Positions 51,736-55,517 of a stretch of DNA of 55,517 bases are shown here, one piece after another (positions within the stretch are counted from its first letter, which is position 1; each line of letters begins with the position of its first letter). The notes beneath the pieces were generated by a model. The model made no database searches and was not told the DNA's origin. It worked only from the letters and a program-made list of their open reading frames with translations. A program made the position numbers and the translations under genes. Origin of the DNA: Chiloscyllium plagiosum (lineage: Eukaryota); NCBI RefSeq assembly GCF_004010195.1, contig NC_057740.1:33138165-33193681 (forward strand), read 5' to 3'.

Positions 51736-52839
51736 GTGAGCCAGCAGTGCTAACCACTGAGTCATCTTGCCACCCTGTCCTGGTTCTCAGTTTAGCATTG
51801 CCAAATTGGGAGAAACCAGTGCCTGTATGGAAGTATTGTAGCATTTCCAGAAGAGGAGGTGGAAAAAAAAATTAGTTCAAGTACATTTAAGAAGAAGTTA
51901 GATAATCAGATGAGGAATAGAAGATTATCCTGATGGAGTAAGACAAGAAAGAGACTTGATGGGACCATTAATGGTCTGGGCCAACTGGCCTATTTTGGTG
52001 CATCTATGTCATTCTATGAATCCTTGCATTTCCTTAGACTTGCATTTCCTACATTATCCTGACACTCTGACTTCATGACCAACAGGACCAAACAGCCCTG
52101 TAAACTGCCTAATGATTTTGAAGCTTTTTTACCCTATTGAGCCCTGGATTGGTACCTTTAAGGATATGAACATTAAATTAATCATTGGAGCAGAACTACA
52201 TGAAGCAACTGCATTGCAGTGGTGGAAAGAAGGTGAATGAAGGACATTGCAGAAAATGATTCTTGTCAGGCTGCCATTTATAACAGAGAGAGTGGACATT
52301 GAATCGGTATTAATAAGTGTGCAGAGAACACCGTGAAGAATGTTGGCTTATGTTGAATCTTAGGTGAGCTAATTTCAAAACCAGTTTATAATCAGATGGT
52401 GTTTTTCAGATAATAACCATTGTAAGGTGGCTTACTGGAGATGAGAAGGCAAGAGCAGGAAATGGGAAATGTATTAACTCTCGTGTCATTCCTATCTCCA
52501 TAAGTTCCAATCCCTGTAACTCTCTACCCTGTAACAATGTTTTTGCAACCAAGAAAACCCACAAAAACTGGTGAATGAAACATAGTGGTCCAATGGCTCT
52601 TGAATGATGATGGTCTCATAATGATGGTCCAGTCCAACCAGTGAATTATAACTTTTTTTTTCTTTTTTTTTCCCTCTGGATATGACCTCTTGTGCATTTC
52701 CACTTCCTGCCCTTCAACTCATGCCCAAACATTGGTAGCTGTGCCAAGGCACTCTAGACTATGATTGCTGAAATTTCCTTCCAAACAATATTTCCTTCCT
52801 GTTTGTCTTTAACCCTTTAATATCAGGGGGGACATTCAC

Positions 52840-53080
52840 CGAGTGGTTATATTGCTCGACGATTAAGCCAGAGACCCAGATAATGTTCTAATGATGACTA
52901 TGATAGTCAAGAAAAACCTATCTGGTTCACTAATGCCCTTTAGGGAAGGAAACTGCCATCCTTACCTAGTCTGGCCTATATATGACTCCAGACCCGTAGC
53001 AGTGTGCCTCTAAGCAGTTAAGGGTGGTCAATAATTGCTGGCCAAGACAGCGACACTCATCCCCTAAACAAATAAAAAAA
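52840..53080 (+). mobile_element. tRNA-derived SINE (related copies ~3915-4085 and ~41930-42240)
   Basis: Shared tctggttcactaat...ctggcctat...gactccagacc...gctggcc motifs and an A-rich end. Confidence 0.6.
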
Positions 53081-54018
53081 ACCATCAAGTCTATGTCTCT
53101 GACAAAGCTTTTGGTCACCTGTCCTAATGTCTCTTCTTTTTACTGAGTTACATTTTATCTGATTACACTCTTGTGATGAACTTTAAATGTTTATGACAAC
53201 ATGTGCCATGTAAATGTAAGTTGATGTTGTGTCCTACCAACCAGAAGGTTGTTCTGTAGAAAAAGAATTTGTAATGTGTTTTTCTGCGCAATTCTTATGC
53301 AACATATAAATATACTTACATCTATTGTCTTAGTAGTAAAAGTTTGTTTCTCAGCTTTAAAAGAATTAACCTTCCATTTTGTATATGCAGTAAGCATTAT
53401 CAGTTTTGGTAGCTTGGTAAACTTTTAAGACAATCCTTCAAAACACTGGATGGACATGAATGTGATTGTGCATCAGGAGTTTCGGAAGGTCTGTGGCAGC
53501 AAGTAAGCAGCTGGTGAAAACATTACCTGCTCTCGAAGATGGTTTTCACGATTTTCATAATGCTTTCAATAAATAATACTGAAATTAGCTCTTCAAATGA
53601 ACATTTACCTTAATTTGGAAGTGCTCATTCACAATGTTTAGTGGAAAAAACTGCATGGTGTGTGTAAAAGTTTTGAAAAAAACTCTTGATTTAACAAATT
53701 AGGATATCTGCAAAATGGTTCTAGCTAAATTTCTAAGAATAATAAAGCACTATTGAGTTTTAGGATAGATATAAGAATGACTGTATTGAAATTATTACGC
53801 ACAATAGTGAGCTGCTGAACCTGAGGAAATAGCCATGGGAGATGCATGATTTATAACAAATAATTTAAAGTTAATTTGACTTGGAAACATAATCAATTTT
53901 TGAAACAAGACTGGGTTCAAAGTCTGGCTTTGATAGCACTACACTGAGTGACTAGTCTTTCTCATTGATAAAGTATCACAGAATGGTTTCAGTACAAAAG
54001 GAAGCCTATTGTGCCTAT

Positions 54019-54110
54019 TCCTGAAGGCCTTTTGCCCGAGACGTCGATTTTTACTGCTCCTCGGATGCTACCTGAACTGCTGTGCTTTTCCAGCACCATT
54101 CTAATCTAGA
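54019..54110 (+). mobile_element. Truncated PLE terminal repeat
   Basis: Homologous to the 18871 and 32390 copies; imperfect flanking repeat ctatt(g/c)tgcct. Confidence 0.75.
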
Positions 54111-54754
54111 CTATTCTGCCTGTACCGACCAAACCCAGATGGTCCCAATGTTCTGCATTTTCACTGTCACCCTGCAAATTATTTTCTTCAGCAAATTAAA
54201 CAATACCTTTTGAAAGCTTAGCCTAAATCTCAAAACAAAGAGAAACATATGTGTAGTATTGTATTTTAAGTCAGTCATCATTCCAATGCAACACATCTGT
54301 TTTCAGCACCAGAGTGGCCTCAGTGGGTAGTGTCTTTGGTCATGAAATTATAGGTTCAAGATTCATTCCCAGAACTTGAGCCTAAAAATCAAAGCTGTCA
54401 CTCCAGTGCATATTGGACTGTTATAGGTGACATTTTTGGAATGACCATGAACGTGAGGCCCTGTCTGCTTTTGGGTAGATGTTAAAAATTGCACAGCACT
54501 TCTTACTGAGCAGGGAAATTTCCCCAGACGACCTGTCCCGACGTTTTTCCGTCGATCATTACTGGATTGCTGTTCAGTGGGATCTTGCTGTGCATGAATT
54601 GTTGCTGCGTCTCCCACTTCACACCTATTTTGAAGAAGGTGATTCATTGGGTTCCAAGTACTTTGGGGTGTGATGTCAATGCAGCACCTTCTCCTTGTTG
54701 CTCATTGTGCACAGACCGAGCTTTCTTCCAGGAATCTGTGAGTTAATAATATTG

Positions 54755-54960
54755 ATGATGTGGAGGTGCCACTGTTGGACTGGTCAGAAGTCACAATACA
54801 CCAGGTTATAGTCCAACAGGTTTATTTGAAATCACAAGCTTTTGGAGTGCTGCTCCTTTTTCAGAAGAAGACTTCACCTGACGAAGGAGCAGCACTCAGA
54901 AAGCTTGTGATTTCAGATAAACCTGTTGGACTATATTCTCGTGAACTGTGACTTCTGACA
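54755..54960. mobile_element. Fold-back short PLE insertion (2793-related)
   Basis: Inverted arms; CTGACGA (54878)-aggagcagcactca-GAAAGC. Confidence 0.8.
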
Positions 54961-55214
54961 TTAAAAATAATGATGTAGTCCCTGGCAATGTGTAAATATT
55001 TGTAGGGCCAAACCCACACAAATAAGCTTTTAAAATCGTATTTCTAGCTGACTCAGACCTCAGAGCAGTGGGAAACAAATTAAAACAATAATAAGTGCTG
55101 GATTAACAATTATAATTGTTCATTCTGGGGTCTCATAAATTGGGTCACTAACTTTGAGTATTTTGGGTTGTACAATGATATTGATAGGAGGGTGCAGCCT
55201 TGCTTTAAGGGGTG

Positions 55215-55460
55215 TGGCCAGGGGTGGTTTGATTGACGTGGTTCCGGCGGCCGCCGCCATTGGGGCGGAAGGGAACGGCTTCACGGTCACTCCGATAAAC
55301 CTCAAACCCCGGGGCCTTTCCGGTAAACCCAGCATCAGGGTCTCGCCGACAATCCCCTCCGGTAGGGTCCTGCCCGGTTCACTCGGATTGTGGTTAAAGA
55401 AAGATGAGCGGCTCGAGGCCCGGGGCCAACCTCCACCTCACCCGCCTCCTCCCCCCCCGC
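55215..55460. promoter_or_regulatory. CpG-island promoter of an unidentified neighbouring gene
   Basis: Abrupt GC and CpG rise with clustered tgacgtg, ttccgg, gccgccatt (YY1-like) and ggggcgga (Sp/KLF). Confidence 0.7.
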
Positions 55461-55517
55461 TTCACCATCTCCCCCACCCCCTCACCATCTCCCCCACCCC
55501 CTCACCATCTCCCCCTC
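55461..55517 (+). repeat. 20-bp C-rich minisatellite
   Basis: (c/t)tcaccatctcccccacccc about 3 times, running off the window. Confidence 0.9.

Noticed and set aside
55120-55335. Minus-strand ORF containing MAAAAG
   Set aside because: No recognisable homology; the ATGGCGGC is better explained as a YY1-type promoter motif.

Overview
This is vertebrate genomic DNA, almost certainly from a shark, judged from HE1-type SINEs, shark-type CR1 LINEs and Penelope-like elements (PLEs). It is not prokaryotic, and nearly all ORFs in the six-frame track are repeat-derived or spurious. The window holds a complete + strand REEP6 gene with coding exons 3134-3248, 9995-10088, 13769-13907, 14164-14332 and terminal exon 24339-24376 (184 aa). 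Candidate cassette exons at 20190-20263, 21533-21544 and 23061-23100 could build a REEP6.1-like isoform with a different C-terminus. Directly downstream and in the same orientation is a strongly diverged but frame-intact REEP5/6-family paralog (30381-30511, 35503-35641, 36761-36917, probable 42356-42409 and 49832-49881; about 176 aa) with no recognisable exon 1. Introns and intergenic DNA are full of repeats. Many short fold-back PLE insertions carry minimal hammerhead-ribozyme cores from at least four sequence families. One is a 330-bp near-perfect palindrome in REEP6 intron 2, and another captured about 98 bp of unrelated sequence inside a solo LTR. A CpG-island promoter begins at the right edge. 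All family names come from recalled sequence knowledge, not database searches.
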